From Camelus ferus (taxonomy: Eukaryota), in assembly GCF_009834535.1 (NCBI RefSeq), contig NC_045697.1, forward strand, positions 120,158,001-120,222,000: a stretch of 64,000 bases of DNA, written 5' to 3'. Below, one piece after another: positions 12,931-26,500 of the stretch. Below the pieces are notes generated by a model that saw only the letters and a program-made list of their open reading frames with translations, was not told the origin of the DNA and searched no databases. A program made the translations under genes and the position numbers. The first letter of the stretch is position 1. Each line of letters begins with the position of its first letter.

Positions 12931-15900
12931 TCTATTGGAACCAAGGCACTGCAGACCGTTGTAGGAAGCTCTGCACACGCAGGATAACAGAACATTTTTT
13001 GTGTCTTAATGAAATGCTAAAAACTGCACACAAGTTTCAGGGGGGTACAGGTTTTCCTATGTTGGGGTAGGGCAGATTATTCCCATTAATGCCCATGGGG
13101 TGGTAATCGCTCCTGCTTAGATTTCCATCCCATCCCCCAGTTTCCCTTGCAACCCAATCAGAGAAAACAGTCAGGAAATTTAGCTAAAGTTTCTATTAGA
13201 ACCAAGAGGATGCTGACAGTTGTAGAAACTTCCCCATACACAGGGTAACAGAACACTTCTTTGTGTGTGTGATTGAGTAGGAAAACACACTCCATGCATG
13301 TTTTTGGGGTGCAGGTGTAACCAGGCTGTGAGTCGTTGGCTAATTATCTCCACAGCCCATGGGGAGGCACTCGGTTTTTCTTCATTTTCCAGCCCTACTC
13401 CCAGCTTTCAATTGCAGCCCGGGTTAGGAAAAGACCCTGGGATGATATACTAAGTGATTCTATCAGAACCCCGGCCCTGCTCTCTGTTGGAGGGACCTCC
13501 ACACACACAGGATTAACAAACACGTCTTTGCTTGGGAGAATTGTGAAGCCCCACTCCACACACATGGCTGATGGCCCAAGTTTTTCCCTGTTAGGTAGAA
13601 GTCCGCTAATTACCTCTACATACGATCGTGGGGCACTCGCTTCTACTTGGATTTCCATCCCAACCCCAAGGATTCCCTTGCAGCCCGGCCTGGGGAATAA
13701 CAGAGTGAAAAGAATCTACTGGTGTTATTAGAACACATGCGCTGCTGACAATTGTGGAATCCTTCGAACACTCATGATAACTGAGCACATCTTTCTGTGT
13801 GGGATGGAGTAGTAAAACACACTCCAGGCATTTTTCTGGCGATCCAGGTTTTCCCAGGTTGGGAGACGTCACCTAGATTCCTTCAATGCCCATGTTGATG
13901 CATTGACTTCTTCTTCGTTTTCAAGCCCAACTCCCAACTTTCCCTTGCATCCCGGTCTAGGATTATACCCAGGGATGACAGTCTAAGTGATTTTATCAGA
14001 GCTAAGATGCTGCTGTATTTTTTAATAACTTCCAGAAACTTAGGATTCTGGATCACGTCTATGCTTGGGGGTAGCTTTGGAGACCCACACCACAGAGATG
14101 GCTTGGGGCACAGGATTTTCCCTGTTAGTTAGACGTCCACTAATTACCTCCACAGTGCATCTCGGGTCACTCGCTGCTACATGGCTTTCCAGCGCAAGCG
14201 CAGCATTACCTCGCAGGCCGGCCTGGGAAAACAATAAGGGATAATAAGCCAGTGGTTCTATTGGAACCCAGGTGCTACAGAACAGTGTAGGATACTCCCC
14301 ACACCAAGGAAAATAGAACACTTCTTGGTGTGTCTCATGCAGTTTCGTAAAATACTCCACGCGTGTTTCAGGGGTTAAGGTGTTGCTAGTTAGTGGGAGT
14401 TCGGATAATTCCCTCCAATGCCCATGGGGAGGCACTCGCTCCTGCTTGGATTTCCAGCCCAACCCCCAGCTGTCCCTCTCAGCCCGGCCTGGGAAAACAC
14501 TCAGGGATAATATGCTATTGGTTTAATTGGAACCCAGTCGCTACCTAACGTTGTAGGCTCCTTCCGACATCTGGGATAACAGAAGAAATCATTGTGGGTC
14601 TGATGGAGATGGGTAAACAAACTCCATGCATGTTTCAGGGGGCACAGGTGTTCCAAGGATGTGGGACGTCGGAAAATTACCTCAAATTCTCATGGGGAAT
14701 ATCTCACTGCTACTACGAAATTCAGCCAAACCCACAGCTTTACCTCGCAGCTAGGCGTGTGAAAACTCTCACGGAAAAGAAAATACTGGTTCTATTAGAA
14801 CCCAGGCGCTGCTGATATTTGTAGAATCCTCCCCACACTCAGGATAGCAGAACACACCTTTGTGTGTGTGATGGTGTAGAAAAATACACTCCAGGCATAT
14901 TTCTGGGGGTACAGCTGTTCCCAGGTTTGGAGATGTCGCCTAATTACCTCCACTGCCAATGGGGAGGCAATCTATACTTCTTCGCTTTGCAGACCATCTC
15001 CCAAATTTCCCTTACAGCCCGGCCTAAGAAAACACCTAGTGATGAAAATATTAGTGATTCTATGAGAAAACCTCACTGCTGCCTTTTGGAGGTACAACGC
15101 AATCTCAAAATTCTGAAACATGGCTTTGCTTGGTGGAGGTGTGGAGACGAACACCACAAGATTCCTGGGGGCACATTTCTCTCTCTCTGGGAGAAGTCTG
15201 CTTATTACCTCTACAGTCAATCTCTGGGCACTCGTTGCTGCTTTGCTTTCAAGCCGAACCCCAAGGTTTCCCTCGCAGCCGGCCCTGATAAACACTCAGA
15301 GATAATAAGTTAATGGTTCTATTGGTACTCAAGCACTGCAGGCCGTTGTAGGAACCTCCGCACATGCAGGATAACAGAAAAATTTTTTTGTGTCTCATTG
15401 AGATGGTAAAAGTTCCACGCATGTTTCAGGGTGTACTGGTATTCCTAGGTTGTGGGAGGTCAGATACATCCCACTACAGCCCATGGGGAAGTACTCACTC
15501 CTGCTTGGCTTTCCAGCCCATCCCCCATTTTCCTTTTCAACCCAGTCTGAGAAAACAATCAGGAAATATAGCTAAAGTTTCTATTAGAACACAGGCGCTG
15601 CTGACAGATGTAAAAACCTCCCCATACACAGGGTAACAGAACACTTCTTGGTGTGAGATGGAGTAGGAATACACAGTACATGCATGTATCTGTGGTGCAG
15701 GTGTAACCATTTTGGGAGACGTTGGCTAAGTATCTCCACAGCCCATGGGGATGCACTCAGTTTTCTTCGATTTCCAGCCCTACTCCCAGCATTCCCTTGA
15801 AGCCCGGGTTAGGAAAACACTCAGGAATCACAAACTAACTCATACTATCAGAACCAGTGCGCTGCTGTATGTGTGGAGGAACCTTCAAACACTCAGGATT

Positions 15901-18232
15901 CCGGAACTCGGATTTGCTTGGTGCGAATTGTGAAGCCCCACAGCACACTCAATCCTGGGGCCCAAGATTTTCCCTTTTAGGGCCAAGTCCGCTAATTACC
16001 TCCATAGTCCATCTCTGGGTACTCACTGCTACTTGGATTCCCAGCCCAACCCCCATGTTTCCCTTGCAGCCCGGCCTGGGGTAACACAGAGGGAAAAGAA
16101 GCTATTGGTGCTATTCGAACCAATGCCCTGCTGACAATTGTGGAAACCTTCGAACACTCAGGATAACAGATCATATTTTTCTGTGTGTGATGGAGTAGGA
16201 AAACACACTCCAGGCATTTTTTTTGTAATCCAGGTTTTCCCATTTTGGGAGATGTCGGCTACATTCCTTCAGTGCCCAAGGGGTGGCACTGTATTCTTCT
16301 CCGTTTTCAAGCCCAGCTCCCAGCTTTCCCTTGCAGCCTTGACAAGTGTAACACTCATGGAAGACAAAAAAGTGATTCTATCAGAACCCTGGCGTTGCTG
16401 TCTTTTGGAGGATCCTCCAAAGCTTCAGGATTCTGGAACACGTCTTTTAGTGTGGGAGTTGTGGAACCCCAATCCACGCAGATGGATGGGGTCACAGATT
16501 TGTCCCTGTTAGTGAGAAGTCTGCTAATTACCTCCACAGTGCATCTTGTGGCACTCGCTTCTTCTTAGATTTTCAGCCTATCCCTCAGTTTTCACTCGCA
16601 GCCCGGCCTTGTTAAACACTCAGTGATAATAAGCTAGGTTTCTATTGGAACCCAGGTGCTGCAGACAATTGTAGGGACATCCCCACACTCAGAAAACACA
16701 ACAATATTTTGAGTGTCTGATTTAGATGTGTAAACTAAATCCACGCATGTTTCAGTTTGTATAGGAGTTCCTAGGTTGTGGGAGTTCGGATATTTACATC
16801 CACTGTCCATGGGGAGTCCCTTGCCGTTGCTTGGATTCCAGCCAATCCCCCAGCGTTCCCTCACATCCCGGCCTGTGAAAACACTCAGGGAAAAGAAGCT
16901 ACAGTTCCTATTAAAACGAAGGCACTCGTGACAGTTGTAGAAACCTCACTACAATAAGGAAAACAGAACACAGCTTTGTTTGTGTGATGGAGTAGGAAAA
17001 CACTGTAAGGCATGTCCCTGGGGTGCAGGTGTTCGCAGGATGGGAAATGTTTGCTAATTAACTCCACTGCCCTTGGAGAAGCACTCTCTTCTTCTTCGAT
17101 ATCCAGCCCTAATCCTAGCATTTCCTTGCAGCCCCACCGTGGAAAACACCCAGGGATAACAAACTAATTAATTCTATCAGAACCAGGGCGCTGCTGTATG
17201 TTCGAGGAACCTCCAAACACTCAGGATTCCGGAACATGGATTTGCTTGGGGCGAATTGTAAAGCCCAACAGCACACTCATTGCTGGGGCCCAAGAATTTC
17301 CCTTTTTGGGGCCAAGTCCGCTAATTACCTCCATAGTCCATCTCGGGGCACTCGCTGCTACTTGGATTTCCAGCCCAAACAAAAGCATTCCCTCGCAGTT
17401 CGGCCTCGGAAAACACACAGGGAAAATATGTTATTGGTTGTAATGGAACCCAGTCTCTACCTAACTTTGTAGGAACCTTCCCATAACTAGGATAAAAGAA
17501 GAAACATTTGTGTGTCTGATGGAGATGGGTAAACACACTCCAAGCATGTATCAGTGTTCTTAGGGATTCCAAGGCTGTGGGACGTCGGAAAATTACCTCA
17601 AATTCTCATGGGGAGTAACTCGATGCTGCTACGAATTACAGCCAAGACCACAGTTTACCTGGCATCCAGGCCTGTGAAAAAACTCATGGAAAACAAAATA
17701 ATGGTGCTACTAGAACCCAGGCGCTCCTGAAAATTGTAGAATACTCCGCACACTCAGGATAGCAGAACAAATTTTTTGTGTGTGATTATGTAGGAAAATA
17801 GTCTCCAGGCATATTTCTGGTGTTACAGCTGTTCCCAGGTTTGGAGATTTCGCCTAATTACCTCCAATTCCAATGGGGAGGCAATCTATATTTCTTCACT
17901 TTCCAGACCAACTCCCTGCTTTCCTTTGAAGCCCGGCCTAAGGAAACACCTAGGGATGACAATATTATTGATTTTATGAGAACTCGCTCTCTGCTGCCTG
18001 TTGGAGGTACAACACACACTCAAAAATCCGGAACATGGCTTTGCTTGGAGGAGGTATGGAGACCAAAACCACAAGATGCCTGGGGGCACAGTTACTCTCT
18101 GTTTGGGAGAATTCCGCTATTTACCTCTACAGTCAATCTCTGGGAAATCCTGGCTAATTGGATTTCCAGCCGAACCCCCAGCTTCCCCCGCAGCCCGCCC
18201 TGGAAAACACTCAGAATTTATAAGCTAGTGGT
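12931..18232. repeat. Third HOR copy, shortened to 20 monomers (5302 bp) by loss of 4 monomers; its distal part is more diverged
   Basis: Matches copy 2 up to ~15560, then jumps to the equivalent of monomer 15. It matches again until ~16070 and then carries many private substitutions. Confidence 0.9.
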
Positions 18233-21200
18233 TCTACTGGAACCCAGGACCTGCAGAACATTGTAGGAAACTCCGCACACGCAGGATAACAGAACACATT
18301 TTGTGTGTCTGATTGAGATTCTAAAATCTCCAAGCATGTTTCAAGGGGTACAGGTTTTCCTAGATTGGGGGTGTTCAGATTATTCAGAGTTAATGCCCAT
18401 GGGGATTTAATCGCTCCTGCTTGGATTTCCATCATATCCCCCAGTTTCTCTTGCAACCCAGTCAGAGAAAACAGTCAGGAAATTTAGCTAAATTTTCTAT
18501 TGGAACCGAGGCGATGCTGACAGTTGTAGAAATTTCTCCATACACAGTTTAACAGAACACTTCTATGTGTGTGTGATTGAGTAGGAAAACAGAGTCCATG
18601 CATGTCTCTGGGGTGCAGGTGTAACCAGGCTGTGATACGTTGGCTAAGTATCTCCACAGCCTATGGGGAGGCACTCAGTTTTTCTTCGTTTAGAGCTCTA
18701 CTCCCAGCTTTCCATTGCAGCCCGGGTTGGAAAACACCCAGGGATGACAAACTAAATGATTCTATCAGAAATCAGGCGCTACTGTCTGTTGGAGGAACCT
18801 CCACACACACAGGATTAACAAACACGTCTTTGCTTGGGAGAATTGTAAAGCCCCAGTTAACACACAAGGCTGAGGGCACAAGTTTTTCCCTGTTAGGTAG
18901 AAGTCCGCTAATTACCTCTGCAGACAATCATGGGGCACTCGCATCTATTTGGATTTCCATCCCAACCCCCAGGATTCCCTTGCAGCCCGGCCTGGGGAAA
19001 CACAATGGGAAAAGAATCTACTGGTGCTATTAGAACACATGCGAGGCTGATATTTGTGGAAAACTTCGAACACTCATGATAACAGAGCACATCTTTCTGT
19101 GTGTGAAGGAGTAGTAAAACACACTGCAGTCATATTTCTGGGGATCCAGTTTTTCCCAGGTTGGGAGATGTCGGCTAGATTCCTTCACTGACCATGGGGA
19201 TGCATTGACTTCTTCTTCGTTTTCAAGCCCAACTCCCAAATTTCCCTTGCATCACGGTCTAGGATTATACCCAGGGATGACATTCTAAGTGATTTTTTCA
19301 GAGCTACGATGCTGCTGTATTTTTTAGGAACTTCCAGAAACTTAGGATTCTGGATCACTTCTATGCTTGGGGGTATCTTTGGAGACCCACACCAAAGAGA
19401 TACCTTGGGGCACAGGTTTTTCCCTGCTAGGGAGATGTCCGCTATTTACCTCCACATTCCATCACGGGTCACTCGCTGCAACATGGCTTTCCAGCGCAAG
19501 CACAGCATTCCCTCGCAGCCCGGCCTGGGAATACAATCAGGGATAATAATCCAGTGGTTCTATTGGAACCCAGGGCTGCAGAAAATTGTAGGATACTCCC
19601 CACACCCAGGACAAGAGAACACTTCTTTGTGTGTCTTATGAACTTTCCTAAAAATACTCCACGAGTGTTTCAGGGGTTAAGGTTTTACTAGATTGTGGGA
19701 GTTCGGAAAATTCCCACCAATGCCCATGGGGAGGCACTCGCTCTGCTTGCCTTTCCAGCCCAACCCACATCTTTCCCTCTCAGCACGGCCTGGGAAAACA
19801 CTCAGGGATAATATGCTATTGGTTGTATTGGAACCCAGTAGCTACCTAACGTTGTAGGCTCCTTCCCACATCTGGGATAACAGAAGAAAATTTTGTGTGT
19901 CTGATGGAGATGGGTAAACAAACTCCACGAATATTTCAGCGGGCACAGGTGTTCCAAGGCTGTGGGACGTCGGAAAATTACCTCAAATTCTCATGGGGAT
20001 TATCTCACTGCTGCTTTGAAATACAGCAAAACCCACAGCTTTACCTCGCAGCTAGGCTTGTGTAAACACTCATGGAAAAGAAAATACTGGTGGTATTAAA
20101 ACACAGGTGCTGCTGATATTTGTAGAATCCTCCCCAAACTCAGGGTAGCAGAACACATCTTTGTGTGTGTGATGGTGTAGAAAAATACACTCCATGCATA
20201 TTAATGGGGGTACAGCTGTTCCCAGGTTTGGAGAAGTCGCCTAATTACCTCCACAGCCAATGGGGAGGCACTCTATACTTCTTCGCTTTCCAGACTAATT
20301 CCCAGCTTTCCTTTGAAGCCCGGCCTAAGGAAACACCTAGGGATGACAATATTAGCGATTCTATCAGAACACCATCTCTGCTGACATTTGGAGGTACAAC
20401 ACACACTCAAAATTCTGGAACATGGCTTTGCTTGGTGGAGGTATGGAGACCAAAACCACAATATGCCTGGGGGCACAGTTCTTCTCTGTCTGGTAGAAGT
20501 CCGCTCATTACCTCTACAATCAATCTCTGGGCAAACCTGGCTAATTGGCTTTCCAGACGAACCCCCAGTTTCCCTCGTAGCCCGCCCTGGAACACACTAA
20601 GAGATTATAAGCTAGTGGTTCTATTGGAACCCAGGCACTGCAGACCGTTTTAGTTAGCTCCGCACACGCAGGTTAACAGAACACTTATTTTGTGTCTGAT
20701 AGAGATGTTAAAAATTCCACGCATGTTTCAGCGGGTACAGTTTTACCCAGGTAGGGGGAGGTCAGATTATTCCCATTAACGTCCATGGGGAGGTAATCGC
20801 TCCTGCTTGGATTTCCATACCATCCCCCAGTTTCCCTTGCAACCCAGTCAGAGAAAACAGTCAGGAAATATAGCTAAAGTTTCTATTAGAATCCAGGCGC
20901 TGCTGACAGTTGTAGAATCCTCCCCATACACAGGGAAACAGAACACTTCTTTGCGTGTGAGATGGAGTAGAAATAAACAGTACATGCATGTATCAGGGGT
21001 GCAAGGGTAACCAGTTTGGGAGACTTTGGCTATGTATCTCCACAGCCCATGGGGATGCACTCTGTTTTCTTCGATTTCCAGCCCTACTCCCAGCTTTCCC
21101 TTGCAGCCCGTGTTAGGAAAATACTCAGGGATGACAAACTAAATCATTCTATCAGAACCAGTGCGCTGCTGTATGTGTGGAGGAACCTCCAAACACTCAA

Positions 21201-23536
21201 TATACTGGAACACGTATTTGCTTGGTGCGAAATGTGAAGCCCCACAGAACACTCAAACCTGGGGCCCAAGATTTTCCCTTTTAGGGCCAAGTCCGCTAAT
21301 TACCTCAATAGTCCATATCTGGGTACTCACTGCTACTTGGATTCCCAGCCGAACACACATGTTTCCCTTGTAGCCCGGCCTGGGGTAACACAGAGTGAAA
21401 AGAAGCTATTGGTGCTATTCGAATCAATGCCCTGCTGACAAATGTGGAAACCTTCGAACACTCAGGATAACAGAACATATCTTTCTGTGTGTGATGTTGT
21501 AGGAAAACACACTCCAGGCATTTTTATGGGGATCCAGGTTTTCCCAGGTTGGGAGATGTCGTCTTGATTCCTTCAGTGTCCATGGGGTGGCACTGTCTTC
21601 TTCTTCGTTTTCAAGCCCAACTCCCAGCTTTCCCTTGCAGCCCGGACAAGTGAAATACCCATGGAAGACAAATAAGTGATTCTATCAGTACCCCGGCCTT
21701 GCTGTCTGTTGGAGGATCCTCCAAAGCTTCATTAATCTGCAACACGTCTTTTAGTGTGGGGAGTTGTGGAACCCCAATCCACGCAGATGGATGGGGTCAC
21801 AGATATGTCCCTGTTAGGGAGAAGTCCGCTAATTACCTCCACAGTGAATCTTGGGGCACTCGCTTCTTCTTAGATTTTCACTCTATCCTCCAGTTTTCAC
21901 TCGCAGCCCGGCCTTGTAAAACACTCAGTGATAATAAGCTATGTTTCTATTGGAATCCTGGTGCTGCAGACAATTGTAGGTACCTCCCCACAATCAGAAT
22001 AACACAACACTAATTTGAGTGTCTCATTTAGATTGGTAAACAAATTCACGCATGTTTCAGTTTGTATAGGAGTTCCTAGGTTGTGGGAGGTAGGATATTT
22101 AAATCCACTGTCCATGGGGAGTCCCTTGCAGTTGCTTGGATTCCAGCCCAACCCCCAGCATTCCCTCACATCCCGGCCTGTGAAAACACTCAGGGAAAAA
22201 AACTACAGTTTCTATAAGAACTAAGGCGCTCCTGAAAGTTGTAGAAACATCCCTACACTAAGGAAATCAGAACAAAGCTTTGTGTGTGTGATGGATTAGG
22301 AAAACTCAGTAAGGCATGTCTCTGGGGTTCAGGTGTTCGCAGGTTGTGAAATGTTGGCTAATTACCTCCACTGCCCATGGGGAAGAACTCTCTTCTTGTT
22401 CGATATCCAGCCCTAATCCTAGCATTCCCTTGAAGCCCGACCATGGAATACACCCAGGGATGACAAACTAAATAATTCTATCAGAACCAGGGTGCTGCTG
22501 TATGTTGGAGGAACCTCCAAACTCTCAGGATTCTGGAACACGGATTTGTTGGTTACGAATTTTGCAGCCCCAGAGCACACTAATTGCTGGGGCCCAAGAT
22601 TTTCCCTTTTAGGGCTAAGACGGCTAATTACCTCCATAGTCCATCTCGGGGCATTCGCTGCTACTTGGATTTAAAGCCCAAACCCAAACTTTCCCAGGCA
22701 GACCGGACTGGGAATCACACAGGGAAAATATGTTATTGGTTGTAACGGAGCCCAGTCTCTACCTACCGTTGTAGGAATCTTCCAACAACTAGGATAAAAG
22801 AGGAAACTTTTGTGTGTCTGATGGAGATGGGTAAACAAACTCCAAGGATGTATCAGGGTGCTTAGTGTTTCCAAGGATGTGTGACGTCGGAAAATTACCT
22901 CAAATACTCATGCGGAGTAACTGGCTGCTGCTACGAATTTCAGCCAAGCAAACAGATTTACCTGGCAGCCAGGCCTGTGAAAAAACTCATGGAAAACAAA
23001 ATACTGGTGGTACTAGAACCCAGGCGCTCCTGAAAGTTGTAGAATACTCCGCACCATCAGGATAGCAGAACAAATATTTTTCTGTGTGTTGGTGTTGGAA
23101 AATACACTCCAGGCATGTTTCTGGTGTTACAGCTCTTCCCAGGTTTGGAGATGAGGCCTAATTACCTCCAATTCCAATGGGGAGGCACTCTATAATTCTT
23201 CGCTTTCCAGACCAACTCCCTGCTTTCTTTTGAAGCCCGGCATAAGGAAAAACCTAGGGATGACAATATTATTGATTCTATGAGTACCCCCGCTCTGCTG
23301 TCTGTTGGAAGTACAACACACACTCAAAATTCCGGAACATGGCTTTGCTTGGTGGAGGTATGGAGACCAACACCACAAGATGCCTGGGGGCACAGTTACT
23401 CTCTGTTTGGGAGAATTCCGCTTTTTACCTCTACAGTCAATTTCTGGGCAATCCTGGCTACTTGGCTTTCCAGGCGAACCCACAGTTTCCCTCGCAGCCC
23501 GCCCAGGAAAACACTCAGAAATTATAAGCTAGTGGT
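18233..23536. repeat. 20-monomer HOR (5304 bp = 9-mer 18233-20619 + 11-mer 20620-23536)
   Basis: Module-start anchors at 18233, 20620 and 23537. ORFs recur at +5303 (18602/23905, 20807/26110). Confidence 0.92.
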
Positions 23537-26500
23537 TCTATTGGAACCCAGGACCTGCAGAAATTTGTAGGAAGCTCCGCACACGCAGGGTAACAGAACA
23601 TATTTTATGTGTCTGATTGAGTTTCTAAAATCTCCAAGCATGTTTCAAGGGGTACAGGTTTTCCTAGATTGGGGTGTTCAGATTATTCAGAGTTAATGCC
23701 CATGGGGAGTTAATCGCTCCTGCTTGGATTTCCATCATATCCCCCAGTTTCCCTTGCAACCCAGTCAGAGAAAACAGTCAGAAAATTTAGCTAAATTTTC
23801 TATTGGAACCCAGGCGATGCTGACAGTTGTAGAAACTTCTCCATACACAGTTTAACAGAACACTTCTTTGTGTGTGTGATTGAGTAGGAAAACAGGGTCC
23901 ATGCATGTCTCTGGGATGCAGGTGTAACCAGGCTGTGAGACGTTGGCTAAGTATCTCCACAGCCCATGTGGTGGCACTCAGTTTTTCTTCGTTTACAGCC
24001 CTACTCCCAGCTTTCCATTGCAGCCCGGGTTGGAAAACACCCAGGGATGACAAACTAAATGATTCTATCAGAAATCAGGCGCTACTGTCTGTTGGAGGAA
24101 CCTCCACACACACAGGATTAACAAACACGTCTTTGCTTGGGAGAATTGCGAAGCCCCACTACACACACATGGCTGAGGGCACAAGTATTTCCCTGTTAGG
24201 TAGAAGTCCGCTAATTACCTCTACAGACAATCATGGGGCACTCGCTTCCACTTAGATTTCCATCCCAACCCCCAGGATTCCTTTGCAGCCCGGCCTGGGG
24301 TAACACACAGGGAAAAGCTTCTACTGGTGCTATTAGAACACATGCGAGGCTGACATTTGTGGAAAACTTCGAACACTCATGATAACAGAGGACATCTTTC
24401 TGTGTGTGAAGAAGTAGTAAAACACGCTCCAGGCATTTTCCTGGGGATCCAGTTTTTCCCAGGTTGGGAAATGTCGGCTAGATTACTTCACTGCCCATGT
24501 TGATGCATTGACATCTTCTTCGTTTTCAAGCCCAACTCCCAACTTTCCCTTGCATCCCGGTCTATGATTATACCCAGGGATGACAGTCTAAGTGATTTTT
24601 TCAGAGCTACGATGCTGCTGTATTTTTTAGGAACTTCCAGAAACTTAGGATTCTGGATCACTTCTATGCTTGGGGGTAGCTTTGGAGACCCACACCACAG
24701 AGATGGCTTGGGGCACAGGTTTTTCCCTGTTAGGGAGATGTCCGCTAATTACCTCCACAGTCGATCAAGGGTCACTCGCTGCAACACGTCTTTCCAGCGC
24801 AAGCGCAGCATTCCCTCACATGCTGGAATGGGAAAACAATCAGGGATAATAATCCAGTGGTTCTATTGGAACCCAGGGGCTGCAGAATATTGTAGAATAC
24901 TCCCCACACCCAGGAAAAGACAACACTACTTTGCATGTCTCATGAAGTTTCGTAAAAAACTCCATGCGTGTTTCAGGGGTTAAGGTGTTGCTAGTTAGTG
25001 GGAGTTCGGAAAATTCCCACCAATGCCCATGGGGAGGCACTCGCTCCTGCTTGGCTTTCCAGCCCTACCCCCAGCTTTCCCTTTCAGCACCGCCTGGGAA
25101 AACACTCAGGGATAATATGCTATTGGTTGTATTGGAACCCAGTAGCTACCTAACGTTGTAGGCTCCTTCCCACATCTGGGATTACAGAAGAAACTTTGTG
25201 TGTCTGATGGAGATGGGTAAACAAACTCCACGCATATTTCAGGGGACACAGGTGTTCTAAGGCTGTGGGACGTCGGAAAATTACCTCAAATTCTCATGGG
25301 GAGTATCTCAATGCTGCTACGAAATACAGCCAAACCCACAGCTTTACCTCGCAGCTAGGCTTGTGTAAACACTCATGGAAAAGAAAATACTGGTGCTATT
25401 AGATCCCAGGCACTGCTGATATTTGTAGAATCCTCCCCACACTCAGGATAGCAGAACACATCTTTGTGTGTGTGATGGTGTACAAAAATACACTCCAGGC
25501 ATATTAATGGGGGTACAGCTCTTCCCAGGTTTGGAGATGTCGACTAATTACCTCCACTGCCAATGGGGAGGCACTCTATACTTCTTCGCTTTCCAGACTA
25601 ATTCCCAGCTTTCCTTTGAAGCCCGGCCATAGGAAACACCTAGGGATGACAATATTAGCGATTCTATCAGAACCCCATCTCTGCTGACAGTTGGAGGTAC
25701 AACACACACTCAAAATTCTGGAACATGGCTTTGCTTGGTGGAGGTATGGAGACCAACACAACAATAGGCCTGGGGGCACAGTTCCTCTCTGTCTGGTAGA
25801 AGTCCGCTCAATGCCTCTACAATCAATCTCAGGGCAAACCTGGCTAATTGGCTTTCCAGCCGAACCCCCAGTTTCCCTCGTATCCCACCTTGGAACACAC
25901 TAAGAGATTATAAGCTAGTGGTTCTATTGGAACCCAGGAACTTCAGACCGTTTTAGGAAGGTCCGCACACGCAGGATAACAGAACACATATTTTGTGTCT
26001 GATAGGGATGTTAAAAATTCCACGCCTGTTTCAGCGTGTACAGTTTTACCCACGTACGGGGAGGTCAGATTATTCCCATTAATGCCCATGGGGAGGTAAT
26101 CGCTCCTGCTTGGATTTCCATAACATCCCCCAGTTTCCCTTGCAACCCAGTCAGAGAAAACAGTCAGGAAATATAGCTAAAGTTTCTATTAGAATCCAGG
26201 CGCTGCTGACAGTTGTAGAATCCTCCCCATACACAGGGAAACAGAACACTTCTTTGCGTGTGAGATGGAGTAGAAATAAACAGTACATGCATGTATCAGG
26301 GGTGCAGGTGTAACCAGTTTGGGAGACTTTGGCTAAGTATCTCCACAGCCCATGGGGATGCACTCTGTTTTCTTCGATTTCCAGCCCTACTCCCAGCTTT
26401 CCCTTGCAGCCCGTGTTAGGAAAACACTCAGGGATGACAAACTAAATTATTTTATCAGAACTAGTGCGCTGCTGTATGTGTGGAGGAACCTCCAACAACT

